Positions 36,401-47,468 of a DNA stretch of 64,000 nt are shown in pieces. Origin of the DNA: Lepidodermella squamata (taxonomy: Eukaryota; Animalia; Gastrotricha); the NCBI GenBank assembly GCA_047495785.1, contig JBLDXI010000028.1, positions 1,736,001 to 1,800,000 on the forward strand, written 5' to 3'. Under the pieces are notes generated by a model. It saw only the letters and a program-made list of their open reading frames with translations, was not told the origin of the DNA and did no database searches. How positions within the stretch are numbered: position 1 is the first letter of the stretch; every line of letters begins with the position of its first letter. Position numbers and translations under genes: made by a program.

Positions 36401-38350
36401 TTGGAGCAGAACTTCAAATGCTGACTCCTGATGAAACCATGGCTGCTGAGTCAACAAGTAAATGCGAAGTTTCTTCACCTCAATTCTAGTTGTTTCTCTA
36501 CCATTGTCCAAATTCATCGTCAATGGCGTAAACCGTTTGAACCAACCAGCCTCGCCTAACACCAATCTTTATCTGCACCCGATACCAAAAATCATATTCA
36601 AAGAGATTAAGATGCTGATTTTTAACATGTTTCCCAACAATATCACCCAAATCAAGTATAAGCGCCTCACTGCTGAACTAGCAACTGCTAAAACTGGGCG
36701 AAAATGTCACCGCCTTCAGGTCGATGATTCATGGCCGCCGTGTACAAGAGTTGATCAAACTGACAGTCGCGTCATTTGTCATTTCCGACTGTATTGTTTT
36801 ACGTACGAGATGACATTCACCAATGCGATTGGCCCTTTCGCTGCTGTTTTTTTTTATTTACCGAGTATTTTCAGCTATAATCAAAGATCAAGGCAAAAGT
36901 CGGAATTAAATCAAGCAAATTCCTTGACGAAGAAAAGCACTCTGGAAACTTTACGACACTACGAAGATTGAAAACTTGGCTTCGAGCAAAAATGGGGAAT
37001 TCCCATTTCCGATCTAATAATGAATCCATGGTTCCAACTACGAGCGCTCAGTGGCTCAGTTCCGTCGGAGACCTCTTTACGGCTAAGCGTGGTCATAAGA
37101 CCAGAAAAACCCACCAAGGTACCACGGTTTATCTGTTATTCAGATTGCGAAATTTGATTCATAAAGTTGTTTCACTGCCCAATTGATGGTGGTCTTCCAG
37201 CCAGAAGGCCACCGCTATCACCGGCCTACTGCTGCTAGTGTAACGATGTGCCGGGTGGCAGCTGGCATCTTCGCAATGACTAAGAACAATATTGTGATTC
37301 TCATGTGACAGCTAATTAGGAAGTGATCGCGTGTTCGACTTGTATCGCTAATATTTAAGGCCTTGAAATCCAATGATCAATGTTCGATTCATTCACAATA
37401 AAGTATAGAGTAGTGCCTGGCCAAGTCTTGATGTTTCCCTGACAGCTAGTCGCGATTGTTTCGTTCTCAGCTCACTGGCAGGAGCCATGTTGTGGTTGCG
37501 AAGGTCCTAGGTCCTAGAAAGAACTGTTTCAGCAAAAGTGTGAGCTTGTGCGTCGTGAATTGATAAAATGAGAGAGGCCAAAATCATTGTTTCAACCCGA
37601 TCTTTGACCGATTTTCAAAAAGTCGATTTTAGGACCCACTCTTATCTCTGCCGAGGGCATTCAAACTCCAACAGTACCGTTAATTAGTTAATACGTTAAT
37701 ACGGTGAATTTCATCGAATAACCCACTCGAATAAATGCCAGGCCTACAGGTTGAAGCCAGATATGATTATCAATAGCATTTCTCACTGCGAAATCAGATT
37801 GAATAAGGTTTGGGTTTGGGTTAGGTTTAGGTAATTCAACCTGACCAGCCTTTCGATTATCACGTGATTTAATGATGATGAGCTTAGATCTGGTCATCTT
37901 TGTTTTTAATTGAGCCTTAATGTTCCAAGACATACTATGGCCTCTGTGAGAAAATCCAACAAAAACCTGAGGTCCGTCATGAAATTAGTCGCCGACGTTG
38001 GTTTAGCTGCCAGAAAGAAAAGGCGGTTCAAACCCTACGCTATGTAAACAAGTCTTCACCTCAAAACTCTACAGGCTACGAAGTACGAAGGTATCGTTGA
38101 ACAAGCTCTGAAAGCAGCAGTAGAGTCCAATAATTACCGTGAATTTTTTGCACACTTCTTCAACCTGATAATGCGTTGATCGTTGAAACATACACACATT
38201 GTCTCATTTAATTATTATGTGACACATAAAAGGTGGCTATTCAAGCCGACTGTTCATATCATCAGCCTAATGTCTGAACTCATATCTCTGTTTCAATCTG
38301 TTTATTAGCAATTAGCTATTAGCAATACCCAACTGTTTAGTGAATAGGAA

Positions 38351-38530
38351 ACTTACCAGAGTTAGATTTGATTGCAACTACATTGCCGAGTTCAGCCTTC
38401 GAAACCTTTCGGCAGGGTCCAATAACCATTTTTTACACGCATTCTTCATGTTTCTGAGACGAGCCATCGCTCAGTCGCCTGAAGCAGTTCAATCAGGTAA
38501 TGAATGTGGCGAATTTCACCGACCTGCCGG
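38351..38530 (-). pseudogene. TPR-helical family fragment (LRNMKNACKKWLLDP / AELGNVVAI exon end)
   Basis: Homologous to the 60151-60260 exon end with the same phase-1 GTAAGT donor; also close to 48734-48870 at nucleotide level. Confidence 0.7.
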
Positions 38531-38689
38531 ACATCAACCTCAAGATATAATCGATTTCATGGTTCACACTAACAAAATGAGCGGCTCGCCTTCATTTTTG
38601 ACAAAGGTTATTCGCAGGCTGGGCTGTTTAGCGCTTGCTTCAGTGGTTTTCTTATCACCAGCCGGACCTGGCCAGAAGAGGTTCCGAGT

Positions 38690-41346
38690 CATGGTCGCTC
38701 ACCCCGATGATCCCGCGCTCGCCGCTGCTGCTACAGCTGCTACAGCTGATTTCGAAGTTGCCCGCGCTGCCTCTAACGCTGCTCGCGATGCCCTGGGCAT
38801 TGCAATCGACGCCGCTATTCGCTACAGGCGAACCCGCGACCAAGAGTTGGCAGACAAACGTCGACTTGCTGCATCAATCCTGGTTCGACTTGTAGGGCCT
38901 GCCTATTATTACATCACCAGGGCGGCTGGTGACGACCCCAGGGCGATATGGTCAGCGCTCAAGGCGCATTTCGAGAGGACCTCGGCTGCCACTGAGTCGA
39001 GGCTCCTGGCTCGGTTTCACAGTTTCGCTATGGCTCCAGGAGCCACCCTCGCAGCTCGCAGCGCACTTTCGGGACTTCGCCCAGTTGCTCCAGGCGCTGG
39101 AAAACGCAGGAGTATCTATCGAGGAGCGGATGAAGCGGGCCGCTCTGTTCCATTCGCTGCCGCCGAGTCTGGGAAACATGAGAACAATGCTTCAACATCG
39201 AATCCCGCCGCCATCGGTCGCCGAAATCCAGCAGGCGCTGCTAGCCGAGGACGACCGGCTCAACGCTGCTCGCCCCGCGTCCGCCCCCCCGGGTCAAGCC
39301 CGGCACGAGGCCGCAGCCCTGATGATCGCTCAAAACCTCGATCGACGCGACCGTCGCCCCGCAGCTGGGATCGGAAGAGCTCGAGGCTACCCGCGTCAGC
39401 AACCAGCCCGCCAACAGCCAAGACAACCTGGTCGTCAAGAAAATCGGCCTCCGTCGGCTCAAGGCGGCGCCCGAAACGACCCGCCATGCCCTCTCCCTCG
39501 GCACCAAAACCACACCGCTTCGCAATGCAATAAGGCCAAGGCCGACAGCCGGTCAAAATGCTACGATTGTGGTCAGTATGGGCATCGTCAGCGCGACTGT
39601 CCCACACCAGTCGCCGGTGGTCAAGGCGAGGAACGCGTGCTCCAGGCACGTACCGCTCGCGTTTCCGCTCAAGGCGGCTCCAGGTATCATGATATCCCCG
39701 AGCAGCGAGAACGCGAGCTCCTTCAAGAGGATCGCTACTCAAACTCGTCCGCCGAAGAGGAAGAAGGCGAGGAGATGGAAGATGGTGAAGTCGAAAAGTC
39801 TCTATGACTGCCGAGTAGTTCCCGTCAAGGTAAACAAACTTATAATCGGTTCTCGCGTTCAAGACTGAAACATAAATTTTATGACTCCAGGTCCGCTCTA
39901 GGCGCCAATCTAGCCACTCAAGGTGCGAACGTCAGCTTTAATCCTTCTAACGACTCTATGTCGGATACCGATTCCGAAAGTGCGGTAAATGCCACCTTCG
40001 GTCAACTCAAGTGTCACACCTGTATCTGAACTCACAGTTGAATCAAATCGATAACTTGATCGACTTGAATAACAGATGGTGTCGAATTTATTGATAATGC
40101 GGTTTTATTGGCAAACTTCAGAACAATATAACGGGTAGAAATCTTAGGAAGCTTTCTTCGACTATTTGCAGTAAGGACTCTAGTATCATTTACTACAGCG
40201 ATAAAAACTGATCTCTTAAATGCAGAAAATCAGTGGTTTATATATCTTCCGGGTTACAGTACTTTATATAGCCAAATGCGTCATTGGATTAATGCCAAGT
40301 CTCATTTTCGCAGTTGGATTGTTGCCAGGGTACATTTATTATGTGGATGAATCATCATTTCTGTTGCGTAGTGTGATGCGCAGTTATCGTTGTACTTGAC
40401 TGATTCGTCGGCAACTTTCATACACTGACTGATTGATCCTCCGGCACTGTTGTGCGGCTCTTTGATGTTTATGCCAACTGCGTAGCGCAGGTATGCAGAA
40501 ACCTAAACTGCGTGTTTGAGGTGATAATGCTCTCAACTGGTTACTCGTATTTTAATTGAGAATAAACAGTGATACCCGCATTGGTGTTGAGTCTTTAACG
40601 GGTTTACACAAGGTTCGACCCGAGTTCCCGGCCACCGCACGGAAAAATAATAGTTTTACTCAAGGTATTTTGAATGCGTACTCAGGCATGACACCCAGAA
40701 AATTATATTCTTTACTCGCTAGCAAGGCTCAATCTAATAAGTGGGTTCTAGACTCCGGCGCCAGCTCGCACATGTGCAACAATCCTCGTCTCTTCAGGAA
40801 CCCGACTTGTCGAGCAAACCAACGTCTACCTGGGGGACGGGCGTCGTATTCCAGTCAACTGGTTCGGCGCGGTGCAAATTCAAGCAGCAGCATCGGATTC
40901 GTCTGCATTCTGGGTGGAACTCGAAGACGTCATGTACGTACCAGGCCTGGCCTCAAATTTATTTAGCGTACCAGCAGTCACGGAAAAAGATAATGTAGCT
41001 ATTTTTACAAAAACTCACGCTCAAATTCGATATTTGAATTTCTCAAATAAAGAAGTGTTAATTGCTGACAAACTTGACGGACTTAATTTTTTGCGACAGA
41101 AATCACATCACGCACTACTCGCACCCACGTACACTCAATGACATCGAAGATTCGGCCATGTCGGATCGCCAGCATTGAAACAAATCCTTCGACATAACCT
41201 GGTTGATGGTCTTAAGGTCAGCGGTCGCCACATTCTCGAGGATTGTGAACCCTGCGCTCTAGGCAAGGCTCATAGAGCAACACATTCCAGCGTCAGTTAT
41301 CAACGATCAAAATGCGAGTTGGATCTAGTCCATATGGATGTTTGTG
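38690..41346 (+). mobile_element. Degenerate Ty1/copia retrotransposon (gag, protease, start of integrase) with an unrelated ~550-bp insert at ~40021-40576
   Basis: DDPRAIWSALKAHFE (copia gag), CYDCGQYGHRQRDC knuckle, WVLDSGASSHMC protease and HRRFGHV..CEPCALGK..LDLVHMDVC. Frameshifted and truncated at ~41346. Confidence 0.92.
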
Positions 41347-41416
41347 TGGATGTCGCCGCCGCCAATCGAATTTCTCATCTCCAGATTACTCATTTGACTT
41401 TTCGCTTTTAATTATT

Positions 41417-42517
41417 TCAATAATGACTCACAGCTGTTAAGTAAAGCCAGAGAACGCCCATGCCATAAATTTGAATGAAAATAACAACGAAAAGAAGATC
41501 CAAAGTTTTTCCTGCAGACAATGTAAAATATCGAGTTTCGAATAGCGACGAGGTGAACCATTCTGGAAAAGAGTTGGCTAAGCCACAGGTTACACAGCAG
41601 TAGATTACAGCGAATCCGATCAGGAATTCACATGTTTTCATGAAAAATAGTAGAAACACAAATCCTGGTTTTCTAGGGAGATGGTTTAGCGCTTCAACCT
41701 CCATGAATATTACCGAAACGAAAATAGTCAAAGCTAAAACTGATCTGTCGGACTGCTTAGGGTCTAATAGAATGATTAGGAATACAACAGATGTTGTTAC
41801 AACAAATGGTATGATTATGTTCCACATGTAAAACTCGGGATTTCGGCGCAACGTTAAACCTATTTTCAACTTCACCCTATTTTCGACAGAGGCATTTCCG
41901 GGAGTAACAAGCCAGTTTGATATTTTATAGTTCAACCGCTTAGAGGTTGTAGGTGAAGTGACACGTATGGAGTATAAAGGCGACGTTGGTGCGGTTTTCA
42001 ACTCGATCCAACAGTTTTGCTTGTCAAAGGGGAACAGAGTAACATCAAACGAACAAGTTGAATAAAACTTATTGACAGTTTTATACCGGAAAGCCATGCC
42101 TCTCTTATAGAAAACAGCCTGCATCTCCGATTCTTGAATGTCAACTAGTGTTGATGAAGGATTCGCGTGGTATAACTTCGGTGTCCAGAATACATTCAGC
42201 GGCAAATTAAAACGACTCCCTTCGTCGATGTCTAACCACTTGCACGAAGTTACATAGTCGATTCGCATTTCAAGAGATGCAATGAAGCTTTGCCGTTGGT
42301 CGCTTATGGCTTCGACTCGGAGACTAATCACTGAAGCCAACAGAACAAAATTGGAACATTGATCCTTCACTTCACTTTTGCAAATCGGCCCGAAATATTC
42401 CGTCGAGAGCCATGAGCAATTGGATAATAAATAACTCGTTCGAGGTCTCAGGGAAATTCTCGTACCTGCAACAACAAGTACCACAATTATCAGAAAACAT
42501 GAGGAGACTTGTTCCAT
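41417..42517 (-). CDS. Intronless divergent Cys-loop pentameric ligand-gated ion channel subunit 1 (366 aa from the ATG at 42517)
   Basis: Signal peptide, FWTPKLY, Cys-loop CSFDVTLFPFDKQNC, pre-M1 LRRNPEFYMWNIIIP and four TM segments; uninterrupted ORF. Confidence 0.92.
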   Translation of the reverse strand: MEQVSSCFLIIVVLVVAGTRISLRPRTSYLLSNCSWLSTEYFGPICKSEVKDQCSNFVLLASVISLRVEAISDQRQSFIASLEMRIDYVTSCKWLDIDEGSRFNLPLNVFWTPKLYHANPSSTLVDIQESEMQAVFYKRGMAFRYKTVNKFYSTCSFDVTLFPFDKQNCWIELKTAPTSPLYSIRVTSPTTSKRLNYKISNWLVTPGNASVENRVKLKIGLTLRRNPEFYMWNIIIPFVVTTSVVFLIILLDPKQSDRSVLALTIFVSVIFMEVEALNHLPRKPGFVFLLFFMKTCEFLIGFAVIYCCVTCGLANSFPEWFTSSLFETRYFTLSAGKTLDLLFVVIFIQIYGMGVLWLYLTAVSHY

Positions 42518-43742
42518 ATTTGAACAGAGAGCATCATACGCATGACTGAGGCCGCATGTGAAGAAGAGCTGCAATTGATCATCAGCACGATCAATAATAA
42601 ACAAACACAGCAACGGATGTCGAGACTTCCAGGCAGCTAAAGCGCAGACCCAGAAATGTTATTTGTCAAAGCGAATATATTGTGAAATATAGCACTTATA
42701 CGGCCAAGGCCATGCAGCACACGGCGGTACAGCAGCCGCCCCAGTTCGCTCATCAACCTGGCAAAGGAGGGCTATAACAAGCAGGCGTTACAGCAACAAC
42801 TGCCTAGTTAGCAACCGCCGCCTTTCCGTCCAAATGGCCGGCCGCCGGCACACCGCAACGGCCCACGGCGACCGCCGTGGCCTGACGACATAAGCCAGAT
42901 GGCCTATTACCACCAGCTCAACGTTTGCTGGCGTTCGGGCGCCGGGGACCATTGCTTTCGCGACTTGGTGGGCCCAAGAATGCCAGCCCATGTTAAGGAG
43001 GCCGTAGCCGGTATGCCGAACTCACATGATCTCATTAAAAGTATCTCATTGGTGATTCACGCACATAGAGATGTACTACGAAATCAAATACCGGGATTCT
43101 CCGAAGAAAGTACTACGCGGAAACCCAATTTAGACCCCAGAATTATTCTGTCTGTTAAGCACCTTGATCAGTTATGGCCAAGAACCGCATAGCGGTTCAC
43201 TGACTATTGAATTTTTTCAACCAAGCGGGCCGGTGTACTGCTATGGCTCTATTGACGCTCCCGTCTAACAACAACTACTAAAAAATCCCAAATATATCAT
43301 TGACATAAATCAGTTAGTGATCAGGACTACACTCAGCGTTTCCAGCATTTATTGGCAGCCACGTCAAACAAAAAAATCAATTTCTTTCTGTAGAACAAAT
43401 ATTTTGATTTGAAAAAGGTAGATAATCTGCGGGTAAAAAATTAAAAAAAATTCGGCCTTTCAAGTGCTTTTTTGAATTCCAAAATTTTTCAATGCGAAAG
43501 CAATTTTCTCGTGCATAACTCACGGGCTAGATTAAAGAAAATTTGCTCTTCATTTCTTAGTTCCCTTAGTTTTTTTTATTTACATATCTTTCGGGTGCGT
43601 ACTGATGATTATAACGACATCCCCAATCCGTTCATATATCATTTGAAAAGGTCAATATTAACAATTTCCGGAAAACAGGTTTTCGGTATTCCGTTCCATA
43701 GTTGAATTATTTCACAATAAAAAAGATTTTCGTTTTCGTTTC

Positions 43743-45825
43743 TGTTAGGTTCTTGCAATTATTACTTTGTGAGAAATCGGTCAAATAATAACCCAATTCC
43801 CAGGTTTAATTACTAACTACCGTAATATCAAAATATACGCACTAACAGTTGTGTAAAATAAGTGATTTCGATTTACAAATATTATTCTACCTCCAAATTT
43901 CTATAAAATGACGTTGCTTTACTAACTAGGGGTTTTTCAATAAATACTTTTGATAATTTTCAAATTGACTTTTGTTGCTGGTCCCAACAAATTGGCGACG
44001 CGAGAAAAACACTATCATGAGCGATTTGGCCGCGATTTTGGAGCGTTTGACTACATTGACAGCTTCGCAGGCCGAGGCATTAGCGCAGCATTCCGCTGCG
44101 CTCGACTTGTTGTCATCAAACAATGAAACCAAGGTTACCAAAGAATTTCCAGGGTTCGACCCGCAGTCCGAGATATGGGAAGATTATCAGGAACGGTTCG
44201 ATAATTTTACGAAGGCTCACGCGAAATCGAAGACGAAAGCGGCCTATTTCCTGAGTTGCCAGTCTGAGGCGATTTTCAAGGAGATCAAAACTTACCTTCG
44301 GCAGCTGCCTTCCCCGAAAAAAGTGAACGATGCGACTTACGACGATATCACGGTGTTTATGCAGAAGCAGTATGACCCGATGAAGTACGTCGTCCGCGAG
44401 CGTCACAAGTTTTGGAATAATATTGGCAGAAAAGCAGGCGAGTCGATTCCTCAGCTGGTTGCCAGAATTCGCCAGGACGCTGCTACCTGTAGTTTTTCGA
44501 GCATCACTAACCCCTTAGATGAGGCCCTACGGACGCGTTTCATCTGCTCAGTCAAGAATGAATCTGTTCTGAAAGCGATTTTTAAAATTTCGGATACAGA
44601 TCTTGATTTTCAAAAGGCTATCGATACAGCTATTGAGGTCGAAGAAGCTTCTAAAGTTGCGAAAGAGACGGTCCGAGGTGAAGAAGTTCAGTCCTCCTCA
44701 ACGCCCACGTCGTCGGTTTTACGAGTCAAGACCAAGTTCAAAGATGGTTCAAAGCACGAAAATGTTTCCTCTTCCAATCAAAAATCGTTTCCACCTTGTC
44801 ATTCGTGCGGCAGGACGAATCACTTGCGCGAAAATTGCCATCATAGGAATGCTGTTTGCGATTTCTGCGGTAAAAAGGGTCATCTGGCTGCCGTCTGCCG
44901 TAGCAAATTAAAGGCGGAGGAGATCCCGGTGAACTCAATTAAGTGTGGAGGGAATTAGCTCATTTCAAACTTACCTCGATTTCTTACTGCATTTCTTGAG
45001 CTTCTACTATTCGGCAATTTCAATTACTTGTTTCCTGAATTCCGATGCGAATTTCGAATTTCGAATTTATCTCATTCGTTGAGGCAATGTCTTCAATCTA
45101 TTTGATACAGCCAAGTCTATAATTTTTCATAATCGAATTTCTGCTACGATATTTTCGAGTTCCTATTTCTTCATGCTCCAGTGCGAGCGATCAAATTCGA
45201 CTTTTCCGCTGCTTTACATAAGAGCGAATTCAACTGTTTCTAAATATACGATGAGTTCGATGCGATTCCGATCGAATCATTTTTCATGTCGAATTAATTA
45301 CGATTCAAGGTTGTTGCAAAGTCACGACTACTGCTGTTTCTACGAGTTTTGTCTGTGCTACGTCAAGACTAATGTTCTTCCTTATTAATGTCCATTTCAG
45401 TCCTCTCTGTTGTGGCTGGTTTTCTCTATTCTCTATTCTCTATTCTCTAATTCTCGAATTTATATTGCTTACTCTTATTTCAATTATACGAATTATTCTG
45501 AAATTCAACGGTATTATTATGAGTTCTTATATTTTCAGCTTCAAATGCCTTCGGTGCATTCTCAGCTTGGGGTGGAGGTGTTAGGTTCTTGCAATTATTA
45601 CTTTGTGAGAAATCGGTCAAATAATAACCCAATTCCCAGGTTTAATTACTAACTACCGTAATATCAGAATATACGCACTAACAGTTGTGTAAAATAAGTG
45701 ATTTCGATTTACAAATATTATTCTACCTCCAAATTTCTATAAAATGACGTTGCTTTACTAACTAGGGGTTTTTCAATAAATACTTTTGATAATTTTCAAA
45801 TTGACTTTTGTTGCTGGTCCCAACA
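43743..45825 (+). mobile_element. Gag-only Ty3/gypsy (Mag-like) LTR element, 2083 bp, very recent
   Basis: 247-bp TG..CA LTRs at 43743-43989 and 45579-45825 with one mismatch seen; 5-bp TSD GTTTC at 43738-43742 and 45826-45830; PBS TGGCGACG at 43993; PPT GGGGTGGAGG at 45569-45578. Confidence 0.97.
44017..44958 (+). CDS. gag: Retrotransposon Gag with two CCHC zinc knuckles (313 aa)
   Basis: FDPQSEIWEDYQERF, ERHKF...GESIPQLVARIR..AATC.F, LRTRFICSV, CHSCGRTNHLRENC and CDFCGKKGHLAAVC. Confidence 0.92.
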   Translation: MSDLAAILERLTTLTASQAEALAQHSAALDLLSSNNETKVTKEFPGFDPQSEIWEDYQERFDNFTKAHAKSKTKAAYFLSCQSEAIFKEIKTYLRQLPSPKKVNDATYDDITVFMQKQYDPMKYVVRERHKFWNNIGRKAGESIPQLVARIRQDAATCSFSSITNPLDEALRTRFICSVKNESVLKAIFKISDTDLDFQKAIDTAIEVEEASKVAKETVRGEEVQSSSTPTSSVLRVKTKFKDGSKHENVSSSNQKSFPPCHSCGRTNHLRENCHHRNAVCDFCGKKGHLAAVCRSKLKAEEIPVNSIKCGGN

Positions 45826-46331
45826 GTTTCGAATGCATCAGATAGCACTATTTACAGAAAAATTTATTATAACTTAAAAACAGCTCTTCCAAGATAACTG
45901 CACAAGTGATTTTCCCAAAAGAGATGGGATAGCAATCAAAAGATAGTAACAAATTTCCCCGAATTTTCCCATCTTTCTAAATAATTCCAAAAAATATTTC
46001 ACTCTTCAAAACCTGTAAAAATTGAAAGTTGATATAAAGGAAAACTCGAGTTAGGAGTATTGCGCAATCTATTCTTTGTTTACGCACATATTTATTCCAC
46101 TTCATAATTCCGCTCTCGTGTAAAAGCGGCTACTCAAGCGGAGTTACTCAAGCTGCATGTTTGAATTAACCTCGACTGATAGATAGGTGTGACACACATA
46201 CATATCAGAAGAAATGAGCATACAATAGATACGTATATCACGTATTATTGAATAGTTCTAGATCGGCGCCTCCCCGTACTTGGCTTGTTTCTTGCAATTG
46301 ACATGCGAACCACGGACTAGGGATGGGACTA

Positions 46332-47468
46332 TTAATGCGCAGTGTTATCCGTATATCGAACAGGTTCAAGAACGGCGATGCAAATTACACTGAAGGCAAT
46401 AACAGCTACCGAAAAAGCTATAACGTCCATCAGCCTATTTCGAGACAGCTTGAAACGCCCACGAACTATGACGTTCCGATTGTACCATTTGGAGTACTTT
46501 TTCGCCATGTAGCACGTTACAAATGCGTACACAGTAATCAGCAGCGTCAACAGTTCACAGGAGCGCGTGAAATCCGTTAGTAGCATCCGTCCGGGCTTAG
46601 CTGGAGTCCTTCGGCTAACTTCAAGCCTCAAAGCGGTCATAGCAAGGAGAACAGTAAACGCAAAGACTGGCCTCAAAGGCTTGGTTGCATGAATAGCGAC
46701 AGAGAGGAACTGCATCGAGGTCAAAATGATGCAAGGAACAATTAGAAACCAGACATAGAAGTGGGGTCGTCTTTTGAGAACAATTTTGAAAACGGGGGAA
46801 CGAGAAGCCAGGGAACGAGGATCTACATTCATTCGGATTGTCAGAAGTTCCCAGTTGTCACGAGTTGGCGTATTGGAATCATAACGGGCTTTTATTGTTC
46901 CTTTTACTATGGCATCTTTAATTCGATTTCCTAAGCGAATACCAATCGAACATTCTTGGTAGTCAAATGGAAAATTCCTCAAGTCTATATCACATAGAGA
47001 AGTAGCCATACCTCGCAGAACCATCAGGGAAGACGCAAAACCTCTCTTTGTTTGAATAATTAGATCCTTGTGAAAATGTTTCATAGAAAGATCATCAATA
47101 GAATTGTCGTGATATATCAGAGGTGTCCAAAAAAGCGAGGCATTCGGGTAGAATAATTCTCCTTCATCGTGTTCTAGTGCTTTGCAGCTGACAGCCCACT
47201 CAACTGAAACGCTGAACAGCAGCTTGAAGCTCTGATTTATGTCATCAATTCCGTAGTTGCGATAGACGACCAAACTAATTTCAACAGGCGTTGGCGTGCA
47301 AGAGTGGTCGGAGTAGGCGAAACTGCTGCTAGTGTTACAGCTCGGATTCACAGATTCAACTGACAGGTGACCGCACTTATTCAACAAAGCTATACTTCTA
47401 GCATTCGCTATTTCCGAGAATAGCCAGCTAGAGCCTACGTTCGAGAGTATGATGAATAGGAAAAACAT
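46332..47468 (-). CDS. Intronless divergent Cys-loop pentameric ligand-gated ion channel subunit 2 (378 aa from the ATG at 47468)
   Basis: Signal peptide, FWTPLIY, Cys-loop CDIDLRNFPFDYQEC, LKRRPHFYVWFLIVP and four TM segments; uninterrupted ORF. Confidence 0.92.
   Translation of the reverse strand: MFFLFIILSNVGSSWLFSEIANARSIALLNKCGHLSVESVNPSCNTSSSFAYSDHSCTPTPVEISLVVYRNYGIDDINQSFKLLFSVSVEWAVSCKALEHDEGELFYPNASLFWTPLIYHDNSIDDLSMKHFHKDLIIQTKRGFASSLMVLRGMATSLCDIDLRNFPFDYQECSIGIRLGNRIKDAIVKGTIKARYDSNTPTRDNWELLTIRMNVDPRSLASRSPVFKIVLKRRPHFYVWFLIVPCIILTSMQFLSVAIHATKPLRPVFAFTVLLAMTALRLEVSRRTPAKPGRMLLTDFTRSCELLTLLITVYAFVTCYMAKKYSKWYNRNVIVRGRFKLSRNRLMDVIAFSVAVIAFSVICIAVLEPVRYTDNTAH

Noticed and set aside
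35821-36489. 222-aa ORF
   Set aside because: No recognisable motif or splice structure; possibly a decayed retroelement ORF1, but not supportable.
37808-37832. Telomere-like GGGTTT/GGGTTA run (also 57804-57828)
   Set aside because: Only 3-4 imperfect units; more likely part of small repeats than a telomere junction.
38340-39533. 397-aa ORF
   Set aside because: Chimeric read-through of an antisense pseudogene fragment into frameshifted copia gag.
40021-40576. Possible inverted solo LTR inside the copia element
   Set aside because: TGTATC..GATACC ends are imperfect and there is no TSD; left as an unclassified insert.
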